Part shown: piece by piece, positions 11,990-24,725 of the stretch
How positions within the stretch are numbered: position 1 is the stretch's first letter
Layout: each line of letters opens with the position of its first letter
Source: Euprymna scolopes
Taxonomy: Eukaryota
Strand: one strand, 5' to 3'
Length of the DNA stretch: 64,000 bases
Assembly (NCBI GenBank): GCA_053919585.1
Contig: CM132794.1
Notes under the pieces: model-generated
Database searches by the model: none
What the model was told of the DNA's origin: nothing
The model's input: the letters and a program-made list of their open reading frames with translations, nothing else
Translations under genes and position numbers: made by a program

Positions 11990-14040
11990 TGTATATATAT
12001 ATATATGCGTGTGTTGGTGTGAATATGGAGTCACACACCTTAGCCGTATGTTAGTACACTCTAGCTGTCTTTATATACCTGGACCATATGTATGCGCAGG
12101 CAAATGGGGATTATCCCCCTCTCTAAAATAGAATCATTAGATAAACCTGATCATTTTTATGTATATATATGTTTAACGATAGGTGCACACTCGTTGTATT
12201 TGTATGTTAGATATATCAGTGTGCGCATCTTCATCTCTGTTTGGACATAACACTTATGTAGATCTGTTTATTTGTCGTATGTATACGATGGTTTGCATAT
12301 GCGGGATACTTGCATGCTTGAACATGATTATAGCGATGTTCGGCCGTGCATATAATGGCAGCTGTACACTCGATTACACGCGGGTGTATGAGTAGTTCCC
12401 TTTTCTAATATGCGTGCTTGTATGTATGCGTTATGATGTGTATACATTTAATTGAGTACACATGTGCATTAGTATAAGGATGTATGTGTATATAAGACTG
12501 TATTTGTGTATGCATGGTATGAATCAATGTGTGTGCGTATGTGTATACTATGTACATGTATATGTGTATGTATATAGGTATATGTGCGTGTGTATGCGTG
12601 TCTGTGGGTTTAGGTTTGACGGATGGATATACAGTCAATTATTATATAAATAGTTAAATTCAACAACGTTTGGGTAACCCCACACCCAGCACTGCATTTA
12701 AAACAAATTTCCCTATTATAGAAATAGCTAATTAACCACAGTATATAAAGCACTCGCTTAAACATCGATTCCAACCCAACGAACCGCAAAACAAACTCAT
12801 CCATAAATCCCCTCCAAACAGAAATATATACAGTTTGAATAAATTTTCAATAAACTTAATTAAACCAGATCACACTACGACCACACGCGTAATGAACTAA
12901 CTGTATATCAGCTAATCAAGTTACCTTTAAATATACACTCAGAATTAAAAGAACCTTACCTTAAACTCACTTAAATAAGTAACCCTCCAAACATTCCAAA
13001 ATTTCAGACCATGACTCGTCTCTATCTCCACCTCACCCGCTCACCCATCCGCACAGCAAAAACAGCAATCTCACCCAATATCACACACACTCCCATTGAA
13101 AATCACAAGAATATCCATTTCCCATTTGAACTTAAAATCACAAGGTCAACCCTTTAAAGAATACTAAAATACAAATCCTCCCCCTTAAAATAGTCCATTA
13201 AGCACCTGTATGATCGCCTAAATTTAACCAGTCCCCTTCTATCTCTTTACCCTCTCTACTTCACCCTACTCTCTTCTATCCCTCATCTAAAAGGCTTCCG
13301 TCATACACTATAAACAAGAAAGCGAGCTACCTTTCTACCGAGACTCACACCAGAAGCTAACCGTCCAACGCACCGTTCTGAATATCATCTCCCGGATTAT
13401 TTTGCTATTTTGCTACCCATACTATTGATTTCGAAGTCCATTGCATACATAAGTCAATGCTCAAATTATATTACTCACGCCGTGGATAATTACAATGGAA
13501 TGGTATATCCACCCAACATCGGATACACTTTGTAAACACCGAGAAAGCTTTTGGACTACATCAACCAACACACACTCAACGCCTCAATGAACACGGCTGT
13601 CCCGTATACCTTTCAAAAATCAATAAGGAGCAGTACGCTTTTGCTATATGGGAATATTACCTTCTCCCTGAACCTATTTTCTGCTCACCTGGATTTATAT
13701 CCCCAAAGGACATTGTACTCCATCCAATAATGGACTGCCAAGGTTGTATCAACTTCTCTTCTCGTATAATTTTTTCCATATAATTATCCACTACAATTCA
13801 AAAAACTATTTCCAATAATTGTTTTGAAAAGAAAAATAAGCGTTCATACACAGCTGACCAGTTTGCTAACCGCATTTCATTTCCTCGGATCATGTGATCA
13901 ATTATTGAAAATCCATGGATTAAGGAAATTAACATACCCCTTCTATATTTTCCTTTTGTCAAACAATAATTTTTTAATTCGAACATATGTGCCTATATGT
14001 TGTTTTTTCAGAATTAAAAATTTAACCACCAAACTTATAT
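9071..14040 (+). mobile_element. Penelope-like element, Naiad-type; decayed RT plus GIY-YIG at about 9290-11420, bounded by about 80-bp inverted repeats
   Basis: RLICPSSSYLGLVSKKILDKI; TFDICNYYQSIS; MGPTDSAQVTDLVGLYLL; IWFNPPYS; CNC..CPL..DC; HTYIGATAN; CNLC..E; NTKNELISLCKH. 9071-9152 is repeated inverted at 13961-14040. Confidence 0.8.
11440..12650. repeat. Long degenerate (TA)/(TG) microsatellite tract
   Basis: Directly visible alternating purine-pyrimidine sequence. Confidence 0.95.
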
Positions 14041-14159
14041 ATTGCTCTATTCTTAGATAGTGAGCTTTTCCTTTTTGGCTAGGATCACCTTGAAAGTATT
14101 ACTTCAAATAATAACCATTAGGATTTTTCATCTTAAGTCTATCAGTGTCTTATCTCGCT

Positions 14160-14225
<66 letters not shown>

Positions 14226-14227
14226 TA

Positions 14228-14978
14228 CTAGCAAAAGTACCCGCCATTTACTGGGCTAAAAAAGTGCCTACAGAAAATGGACTCTGATTTATGAAAGTAT
14301 GATAGGTTATGACATGGAAGGGTTGTAAAGAGATAGCTTCGAACTTGGGGGCATCAAAAGCAAATCAAGATAGTATGAAAGTAAAAATAAAATAGATAAA
14401 CCCCATAATTTATTATACCATACCTGTTCACACTGAAACACTTATCACAGTATTCTGTGGATCTATATTAAAAAGAATAACTTGTAAAACTTTGTGACAT
14501 ATTTCCATTCTATGGAGGTCAGGTGCTAACGAACACCCCACGATTTTAATATACCATATTTCTTCCAACTGAAACATAATCATCAAAGTATACGTACGCA
14601 GGAACATATGAAACGTCTTCATTAAAGTTTGTGCCTACTTCTATTATATGAATGCCAGGTGCGAACGCAGGCCCCGCAATTTTATTATACCATCCCTATT
14701 TACGTTTAAACACACTTATTAAAGTCTTCTTATGTACATCTATATCAAAAACACTTATAAACGTTTTCTTTTAATTTTTTATTTCCATATTTTGTGGACC
14801 AGGCGTGAACGCAGACACCCACATTTTTAATGAACAACTGTTCTGCCAGATCAATCATATCCAGTCTTGTGTCAGAAAACATCTTCTATCATTATATGTA
14901 ATCAGTTTTTTAAAATAGTTAACCATACAGGAGCCTAATCGTGACCACACACACACGCACACACCCATACACACTCAG

Positions 14979-14985
<7 letters not shown>
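14228..14985 (-). mobile_element. Non-autonomous Helitron, family A, with intact 3' end
   Basis: Minus strand ends gcccagtaaatggcgggtacttttgCTAG|T (hairpin plus CTRR). The 5' end merges into a TA tract. Homologous to 5100-5740. Confidence 0.75.
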
Positions 14986-15017
<32 letters not shown>

Positions 15018-15021
<4 letters not shown>

Positions 15022-15364
15022 ATAAGGGACATGATTATGGATAGCACCGGATACAAAACTGTGTATAAAAGAGCGTCTTGAATTGTCTTGGAGTCAGTTC
15101 AGTGGTACGCACTAGTCCGACCGTCTCGCGTCTTACACTCTCCAAGTATAGTCAGGATTAACCAAGCTCCCAGGACGAGCGTTCCGCTCACACACGTTAA
15201 GTTACCTTTTTTCCTTTACCTTCATTTACGCGTATATCAACTTCAAGGCGAGCAGCCATTTTGTATTGTGTATTATTTTCGAAGTACGAATAAACCTTTT
15301 TGTTACGCATTCCACTCGGCGTATTTTGTCATGTTATTATATACCGTCAAAACGGGATATAACA
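15018..15364 (+). repeat. 5' LTR (347 bp)
   Basis: TGTTATA...TATAACA termini, TATAAAA box and AATAAA; nearly identical to 20183-20528. Confidence 0.97.
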
Positions 15365-15366
15365 GT

Positions 15367-15380
15367 TGGCGACAAGGATG
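15367..15380 (+). promoter_or_regulatory. Primer-binding site, tRNA-Ser(GCT)-type
   Basis: tggcgacaaggatg lies 2 nt after the LTR; one mismatch to TGGCGACGAGGATG, the complement of the metazoan tRNA-Ser(GCT) 3' end. Confidence 0.8.
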
Positions 15381-15979
15381 ATTCTTATCTCTTAACAGAG
15401 ATAAATTACCGTACAAATAGGACTGTGTACTATTCAAATTTACAAGGATTTCGTTACTGAACACGTACGGCAAAGAGCTATTCGAAATTGTCTTACATAA
15501 AGTACGGATTTCTCCGATATGAACTCACGGAAAGGTAATAAAATTGTACTTGAAAGGTATTGACAAGGTAAAGTGAACTTTATTTATATTTTTTGAAGAA
15601 AAAAATATGTGAGGAACGCAGGCGGAATTCGAACCCGGCACCTTTGGATTACGTTTTTGAAAGAAAAAAAAAAGAACTGTTACGATTTTTTTTTTCTCTA
15701 AATTAAACAGACTATTGTTATAATTTAATTTTTTTTTTCTTTCGTGCAACCGTATTTTTGTTGAAAAACAGTTTGCTCATTTTCGGGCATTATTCGTTGT
15801 GTAAATTTGAAAAGTATTGTGTAAAATGACGTTGAGGCAGAATTACTATTGCTAAATTGTATGAACTGTGTGGAAACATTTATTCTTGCAAGACTTGTTG
15901 CTAATTGGCGAAAAACGACTACTTACGAAATTTTGTGGAATCATTGTTGTAAATTTTATAAAGACATTTTTTTTAAAAT

Positions 15980-18900
15980 ATGGAACAATTGGCTGAGTTG
16001 ACGAAAGTGCTAACTCTTAGCGTTCAGGAACAGTCAAAAATGACACAACAATTCTTAGTGCAACAACAGCTGCAACAACAACAGCAAGAAAGGACACAAA
16101 AAACTTTAGAGGCGCAACAAGAACAAACAAAAATACTTCAACGCCAAATGTCGACTCAACAAAAGAATTTGGAAAAATTAATTCAAACCTCGACAACTGA
16201 GAAACAAACTAATTTTTCTGCAGAAGGTATTTCAAATTCTTTGTCGGAATTTCACTACTCTCCCGATACTGGCGTTACATTTCCAGCATACTATAGAAGG
16301 TATGAAACAGTTTTTACAAAGACGTGTTCGGATTGGACCGACGAAGAAAAATTCACGCTGTTGCTCCAAAAACTGGGTACTGACGAAAACACTAAGTACG
16401 CTAACTTAATTTTACCCAAAAAACCGGAGGAAGTGACCTTTGAAGAGACAATTAATACGTTGTCTAGAATATTTGATAAAAGAGATAGCCTTTTCTACTC
16501 TAGATATAAATGTTTGAATTTACAGAAATCGGAATCTGAAGACTATTTAGAGTATGCTTGTATTGTAAATTGCTTATGTGAATCATTTAAATTAAATGAA
16601 ATGTCTGCGGATTTATTTAAATGTTTAATCTTTGTACAGGGACTCACATAACCAAGGGACAAAGATATCAGATCCCGGATCCTGACAATTATGGAGTCGG
16701 ACCCAAATATAACTTTACAAAAAGTTACCGAGGAATGTCAACGTCTCATTAATATCAAGAGAGACAACACCCGCATTGAAGTAAAAAGCGTTTACAAGGT
16801 ACATGTAAAAAGGCAAAGGACTCCTAGAACGTACAGGACCCAAGAACAAAGGACCCCTAGAATGCACAAGTACCAAAATTGTGAATGTTGCGGAAGTACG
16901 AGACACACCAAAAAGACCTGCTGGTTCAGGAATAAGATATGTTACGAATGTGGGTTCAAAGGCCACAAGGGAACGTACTGTGACCAGAAGAAAAAAACGA
17001 AAGACTGACAAAGTGAATGCGCTTCGCACAAGGAAAGAGAAAAGTTGCGAAAGGCGTAAGTATGTCAGTGTTCACATAAATGGACATCCTGTAACATTAC
17101 TCCTGGATAGTGGTTCGGACATCAGCATCATAGATGAAGATATCTGGAGAAGGATCGGTCGACCCGAACTAATGGAAACCAGCAAGATGGCGAGGAGTGT
17201 GTGCGGCAAAAAGTTGGAATTTAAAGGAGAACTGAGGTGCAACGTGACATTTGATGGTCAGACACGCACGTCCAAAGTGTACGTGGTTCAAGGAAGGAAC
17301 ACAAGTCTGTTTGGAGTGGATTGGTTTGTCCTGTTTAACTTATGGGAGCGACCAGTTAATTCTTTTTGTAATAGGTTGAACACAGAGAAAGCAAACTAAG
17401 TGGAAGACTTTCTGGACGATGTAAAAGCAGAATTTCCAAGGGTTTTTGCTGAAGGACTTGGACATTGTGTCAAAGTAGAAGCCAAATTTGAAGTGAAGAA
17501 AGATGCCACCCCAGTATTCAAACCTAAAAGAAATGTACCGTTTTCATCGATGGACGCAATGGAGAAGGAGTTGGAAAGACTTCAACAGTTTGAGGTTATT
17601 GAAAAAGTTGACCATACGGATTGGGCCAGCCCGACAGTATATGTGAAGAAAAAATAATAACAAAATCAGGGTATGTGCCGACTTCTCAACAGGCCTTAAT
17701 GACTGTTTAAAGGACCACAATTATCCCCTTCCGTCGGCAGAAGATCTATTCTCAAAACTAAACGGAGGAAAATTTTTTTCCAAGATAGACCTCTCAGACG
17801 CCTACTTGCAAATCAAGGTCAATGATGAATGTTCAAAGTACCTGTGTATTAATACGCACAAGGGTATCTTCAAGCTAAAGAGGCTTCCTTTTGGCTTAAA
17901 GGTCGCCCCTGCTTTGTTTCAATAGATAATGGATGCGATGCTCGCAGGGTTGGAATTTGCGATGGCTTACCTTGACGATATCTTGATAAAGAGCAGTAAT
18001 TTGCAAGAGCACAAGAAGCACGTGAGAGAAGTACTTAAGAGAATAGAGGGGGTTGGTTTCAGATTGAGTCCGGAGAAATGCGATTTCTTCATGAAAAGGA
18101 TCAAATACCTGGGTCAAATAATTGACGAAGATGGACGAAGGCCAGATCCACAACGGACCGAAGCAATTGATAAGATGCCTGCCCCAGACTCAGTATCAAA
18201 ACTACAGTCATTTCTGGGATTGGTACAATATTATGCGATATACATCCCTAATGTACATAATTTGAGAGCTCCTCTTAACGAGCTACTAAAAAAAGGCAGT
18301 AGATGGAATTGGACAAAGGAATGTGAATCTGCTTTCCAGAAAATTAAGAAATGTTTACTATCAGATCTGGCATTAGCACATTTCGATCCAGAGAAAGAGA
18401 TTGTACTAGCAACGGACGCCAGTGATTACGGAGTTGGTGCTGCATTACTCCACAAGTATGAGGATGGAACCACAAAAGCAATCTCTCACGCGTCAAGAAC
18501 TTTGATTGCGGCTGAGAAAAACTACAGCCAGATTGAAAAGGAGGCTCTCTCAATAATATTTGGAGTCAAAAAGTTTAACCGTTTTCTCCATGGACGAAAC
18601 TTCATATTACAGACGGATCATAAACCACTAATCACGATATTTGGATCGAAGAAAGTCATCCCTACGCATACTGCAAATCGACTACAGCGATGGGCTGTAA
18701 CTCTCTTAAACTATCAGTTTAAGATGGAGCATGTGTCATCAAAAAAAGTTAGGACACGCGGATGCACTGTCAAGATTGATTCCAAAAAGAAATGAAAGTT
18801 TCGAAGAGACGGCAATTGCAGCTCTTAAAGATGAAAGCGAATGCTCAAATTCAATATGCAATATGATCCGTGAACTCCCGGTAACTCTAGAAGAGATTAA

Positions 18901-20146
18901 AAGAGAAGCTGCAAAAGACGTTTTTATAAAGCAAATGAAAAATCAAGTAGGACGGACGGAAAGAAATAAGATGGCAAGAGAAATTACACCTTTTTCCATT
19001 TGCGAAGATGTGCTTATGTATGCCGATAGAATCGTGATTCCACAGGTATTACGAAAAAGAATGCTAAACGAATTTCACACAGGTCATCCTGGCATTTTAA
19101 GGATGAAATCCCTAATTAGAGGTTACGTATATTGGCCTGGTATGGATAAAGAGGTGGAAAACTGTGTCAAAGCGTGCAAAGGATGTCAGTTAGCAGCCCG
19201 AGATCCACCTGTAAAAACGACCCCGTGGCCGAACACGGACTTGCCCTGGTCACGACTGCATATTGATTATGTCGGACCCCTGAAAGGTTTTTTTTACTTA
19301 ATTTTAGTGGACTCTTTCTCCAAATGGCCGGAGATATTCAAGATCAGACATCCAACATCAAGGAACACTGTAAGTGCACTTGACGAAATTTTCAGCCGGT
19401 TTGGTGTACCAAAGACCATAGTGAGTGACAATGGTACAGCATTCACAGGTTACGAATTTAGAGAATTCTGCAACTCACTGGATATACAGCACATCACGAC
19501 GCCTATTTACCATCCTAGATCGAATGGGTTGGCAGAAAAATTTGTGGACACGTTTAAGCGGGCATTAAGTAAAAACATGAACATTGACACAGATGAGCGG
19601 ACAATACAAACATTTCTAGCGATCTACAGAGTAACCCCAAATCCAAACAATGATGTAAATTCATCCCCTGCAGAACTTATGTTCGCCAGAAAAATTAGAT
19701 CAATTTCTGATAGACTTCTACCAGATAAAAAGAAAGTTACCAGAAAAGAAAACTTTAATGTAAAGTGCTATTCCTCAGGAGATAAAGTTTATTTTAAAAA
19801 TGTTCAGAATGGAAAAAATCATTGGGTGAATGGTATTGTTAAGAAAAGAATTGGGAACATGGTCTATACTATTCAAGGTTCCAATTTTGTCTGTAAAATA
19901 CATATTAATCAAATCCGTTCCAGAATTTCGGAAAATACAGAGGAAATCCCAATGGAAACGCTGTGCGACACATTTGATATTCCAAAACCGGTGGGTATAC
20001 ATGGACCCATGAATGTATCCCCTGAACATACCGCACGGGCTGAACAGAATTCTTTACCAAAGGAAACTCTGACCAAAAGGAAGAGCACACGTAAAAGGAA
20101 GATCGTCAGGCGTTTAAGTCCTGATCCTAAACGGAAGCGATATTAA
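15980..20146 (+). pseudogene. Gypsy gag-pol polyprotein, broken by about 3 stops and about 3 frameshifts
   Basis: Gag with a Q-rich N-terminus and two CCHC knuckles; protease LDSGS; RT YLDD; RNase H TDASDYG, NYSQIEKEAL, TDHKPL; integrase H..HPG...C..C, SDNG, SNGLAE. Confidence 0.95.
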
Positions 20147-20173
20147 AGCTAAAATCGGGAAGATTTCAGCTTC

Positions 20174-20182
20174 AGGGGGAGG
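20174..20182 (+). promoter_or_regulatory. Polypurine tract
   Basis: agggggagg immediately before the 3' LTR. Confidence 0.85.
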
Positions 20183-20524
20183 TGTTATAAGGGACATAAT
20201 TATGGATAGCACCGGATACAAAACTGTGTATAAAAGAGCGTCTTGAATTGTCTTGGAGTCAGTTCAGTGGTACGCACTAGTCCGACCGTCTCGCGTCTTA
20301 CACTCTCCAAGTGTAGTCAGGATTAACCAAGCTCCCAGGACGAGCGTTCCGCTCACACACGTTAAGTTACCTTTTTTCCTTTACCTTCATTTACGCGTAT
20401 ATCAACTTCAAGGCGAGCAGCCATTTTTATTGTGTATTATTTTCGAAGTACGAATAAACCTTTTTGTTACGCATTCCACTCGGCGTATTTTGTCATGTTA
20501 TTATATATCGTCAAAACGGGATAT

Positions 20525-20528
<4 letters not shown>
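20183..20528 (+). repeat. 3' LTR (346 bp)
   Basis: About 4 differences from the 5' LTR by eye. Confidence 0.97.
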
Positions 20529-20582
<54 letters not shown>

Positions 20583-21051
20583 CTAATCGTGGTTCGTTGG
20601 GTCAGTATGTTATATTAGCTATGGAATTAATGTATGAGCGTGACACTTGTAACGTAAAGAAAATATTTTTGTGACATAACAGAAACATTCTATGGAAGTA
20701 TATTAAAATTAAAATAGAATTTAGGTAGATTTTTATGAGTCGTTCTGTTTATAATTGTTTATTTTTGGAAAAAAAAAACTTACAGCCATTGAATTATAAG
20801 TAGTGTGCCATACTTATAGGTAAATATGCACTGAACAAATACCATAACACTGAAATTCAAAGTTAAATTTAAATTTTCATATATCTTTTAATTAAAACAC
20901 GAAAAAACGAAACAACTGGGATGCTGAAAACGGACATAGTAAACCAATACCTTTTATTGTCGCATTGAGTATTTGTCTATGTACGCATGCGCAACCGGAA
21001 GTCGTAAACCGGATGTTCAGTTACAACTATTACAAGCTCATTTGAGTTTGC

Positions 21052-21084
<33 letters not shown>

Positions 21085-23169
21085 ACTTTAGTGTCTTCAG
21101 CCACAGTCTAAACCGAAACCAAAACTTATGAAGAAATCTTGATAAAATTATTTATAAAAAATAGATGAGTTAAGTGCCACCAGCTATAATCGGAACAGAA
21201 ACCAAAACTTATGAAGAATTATTAGTAACATTATTTCTGACAAGAAATGGAAGTACATAACAATTAAACGAACCGGATGTAAGCGTGACACGGAAAATAA
21301 CACATACACACACACGCTACCGTATTCATATATAGATAATATATCAAAATAAATATCACTTGCATAAAATACTTTGTCGTCGATTTGGATTAGTTGCCTA
21401 CTTTAGACAGTATCACCACAAAACTTAGAAACATCTGACTCTCGCTCACCCAATTTTTCTTCATAGAAATATCCCTGACATGATTCATTTACATAGTCTT
21501 GTGACATGGAAACATGCACAAACCACGTTCAACCATTTGTCCAATAATGAATGAGGAATATTGCGATATAGAAAACGTTAACAAATCACTTAAGAACTGG
21601 TTATAAATTCTATATCGTAATAGTACTCAAAAGAAAATTATTTAAAACTTTATTTTGCTCTGCCAGTACGTGTTTCACTTTTATCTATAGCATAAATCTC
21701 ACCTGTCGGTGTAAATGTATGTATGTATGAATGTATGTATGTATGTATGTATGTATGCCTAAAAGTTTCGACAGAGACGACGGATTTTCACGAGATATGT
21801 ATCGTTTTGGAGATCGCCACTTCGGACGACAAATATAAAAAATAGCTAAAAACCTTAATTCCTTCACACTCAACTGGCCACTTTTGTACAACGAGGGGTC
21901 ACTTTTTTCGCTGATATTTTTGAAAATTATCTCCTCTTTTCGATTGACTAGTATTAAATACTTGTGAACATTAACAAAACAGTGCAATCTTAGGCCTTAA
22001 CATATGTAAAATGGAGTTCTACACCATGCAATAAAAGAAAGAAATGACTAAGTTGCCCCACCCTACTATAGACCAAAACGTCCTTAAGCCATTAACGTAT
22101 CTAAATTTGAGTTCAGCACCACGCAAAAATATACATACACAGATAATTTGGGACACATATGGTATAATAGTCCCAATAATAGACCATTTTATTAGTTCTA
22201 AAATAGCCCCTGTGGTACACACAAGAGTTATGGCGAAGTATAGACAAACAAATTTAAATGAAAATCAGCGAGTCACACCTTTTCAGAAAGATTTATGAAA
22301 AATAATGGCATCGATTCTTTTGAATGAGCGCAAAAGGCGTCAATTCAAGTCATTTTAATCTGAAAGGCACCCCTAGGGGGGTGCAACCAAACTTTCCCGG
22401 AAAATCCGTTCTGTAACTTTTTTTACTCATATCATGTTTGTTTGGGCAAAATTTCAAAAAATTCCACGGCGTAATTACTGAGGAAAGTGTGGACGGACGA
22501 ACAGACAAACGGACAAATGGACAAGAGTGAAGTTTTGATTCAAATATATAAGAGAGTGAAGGAGACTCTACCGAAAATCACGTGATTTCCTTAACTTGAA
22601 CCGGTACGATCTCTAATCCTGAAGATTATTTCCGCTTTGACAACTATCTCCATTTTATTACAAATTAAAAATAAATTCTCTTCTGTTCTTCACTGATTGG
22701 TAATATCATTATATGAGTACACAGTAAAAACATGGGGTTTATTTATTTACACCATTTCCCAAACATTAATTTTACTAATAATAAAAACCGGCTATAATAT
22801 ATATCGTAATCACATTAATCGCTAGTGTAACTAAAGTTCATTTCGAATTATAATCTATTAATTTTTATCATAGGTTCATCTAGATATTATGTGTGAAATG
22901 GTGTTCACGATTTTTTTTTTATTTACTTTCTACGTTTTTATATTTTACAAGTTCAACTTGCCCCTGTCTGTAGTTCTCCGACTGAGCTGGCATAAAAATG
23001 AAGAAAAAAGTAGCATCCACAGTTTCCGAATTAAATTTCAACAATTTTAAATAATTAAATAATATTAATCCGGAACACAGAATTGAAAAGTATGAATATA
23101 GGAATAAAAGGCGAGATGCTTTTTGCGAAAACGTATTTGAGTTGAAGTTTTTTTATTCACAAGACGAAA

Positions 23170-23480
23170 TTTGAGATTCCCTTGGTTTCCTGCCTCCCGT
23201 TTAAACAGCAGTAGAAGAAGTGTACAAAGATTCATACCCTTCTGCTGCTCGACTGAATTGATTTAGTTTTTATCACCCAATTTAGACTTGTCGTGAATAA
23301 AGGTCAATAAACATGGCGAATGTGCAGATATGCACGAATCTACTGTGTATCTCTGCTTGGGTTGGGATATGCCTGTGTAAGGCAATCGAACCACAAACAA
23401 ATTACTACATATAAAACCGAGTGTAAATGCAAATCCCACTACAGTAAATGCGACATACTTGTTCATGAATAAGTTCTAAT
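23170..23480 (+). pseudogene. Possible GT92-like N-terminal/middle relic
   Basis: IKVNKHGECADMHESTVYLC weakly resembles the recalled VKVIRENWNLKYSACFVLC. Upstream flank 22570-22970 is homologous to 7620-8175. Confidence 0.3.
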
Positions 23481-23564
23481 GCTATTATTTTCCATTTTAT
23501 AATCTGGCTTACTCTTTTGACCTACATTGATAAATATAGTCATACTCACAAACCTATTACATTT

Positions 23565-23624
<60 letters not shown>

Positions 23625-23629
<5 letters not shown>

Positions 23630-23767
23630 ATGCACTTAGGGTACTGTTTCGTTGTATTACAACTCATCACTGCAGTTAGACAAACACATTTCCCCAGCCG
23701 TGGATTGAACCTACAACCGTCGCATTGACAGTCGGCAGCTCTCGCCATTCGGCTACGAATCAGTGCC
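23625..23767 (-). mobile_element. tRNA-derived SINE-like element with a 3' type I hammerhead ribozyme (copy 1)
   Basis: Minus strand: A box tagccgaatgg, ctgtcaa anticodon-like loop, B box ggttcaatcc, then tgca-gTGATGA-gttgt-aat-acaac-GAAA-cagtac...tgca. Confidence 0.75.
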
Positions 23768-23919
23768 GTAAATATTTCTCCTAGAGTGTGTATTAAATCC
23801 ACACTCTCCCGTCGAAAAGTGCTCGAACCGTCAGCTTGTTTACAAAAAAATTAATTGTGGGCCTCGCTTAATCGCTTTAAATACGCGTCGGGTGAAAATA
23901 TATTTACAAATGGCTCAAC

Positions 23920-23982
<63 letters not shown>

Positions 23983-23999
23983 GGGGTGCGTGCGTGTGT

Positions 24000-24725
24000 G
24001 TTTCATTCATCTTCAGGTAACCTACATCTAAAATTTCAAGTGTTTAGATCCGAAATTTGCGGGGGAGTTTGCTAGAGTCTGCAAACTCTTTCAACTATGC
24101 AAAATTCTCATTCCAAAACTGATTAAAAAGCTTGCTGCATGTCTGAATACTGTTTATTATGTCAAATTTGAAATGTTTACACCCAAAATTCACTGAATAG
24201 TTTGCTTGAGACCACAAAGGTAAACTTTTTTAAACTTTGACTGCTTGGCAGCATATTTTTTCGGCTGAGAACCGATTAAAAAGCTTGTCCTATGTCTGAA
24301 TACCCTTCATGTAAAATTTCAAATGTTTAGACCAAACATTTGCCGAATAATATGGTAGAGTCCGCGAAGGTCAACATTTTTAAAAATGTGACCCAAGTTT
24401 TGACCCCTTAACATTAATTGCTTAAGGCTGAAATCAGATTAAAAGGTTCGGGATATGTTAACGTATCCTACATTTAAATTTTCAAGTGTTTAATCCCAAA
24501 ATTTTCAGACGAGTTCGATAGAGTTTTCAAAGGTAAAATCTTCAAACGTTTTCGGCTTGACAGCAAACTTTCTGGCCGAAAACAGATGAAAAAGATTTTC
24601 CCAAATCGCAATACAACTTATGTAAAATCCAAAGTCTGTAGACTTAAAATTTACAGAGTAGTTAGGTAGAAACACAGACGCACTGCCACACATATACACT
24701 TTCCCTTGCATGCATATACGTAGAC
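24000..24725 (-). mobile_element. Non-autonomous Helitron, family B
   Basis: Shares the subrepeats (aaaatttcaagtgtttaga, tctgtagacttaaaatt) of 6310-7130. Confidence 0.6.

Larger units (their letters stand above)
15018..20528 (+). mobile_element. Full-length Ty3/Gypsy LTR retrotransposon (Mag/K02A2.6-like) with disrupted ORF
   Basis: Two LTRs, PBS, PPT and gag-PR-RT-RH-IN order; inserted in a (TA)n tract. Confidence 0.97.

Noticed and set aside
15088-15381. Duplicated ORF MESVQWYALVRPS (also 20253)
   Set aside because: Lies within the LTRs, starts at TTG, and is frameshifted between copies.
23263-23466. Minus-strand ORF with a signal-anchor-like N-terminus
   Set aside because: Short, with no convincing continuation; the plus strand fits the paralogue cluster better.
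23690-23767. Functional tRNA-Asp gene
   Set aside because: Acceptor and anticodon stems do not pair properly; better explained as a SINE head.
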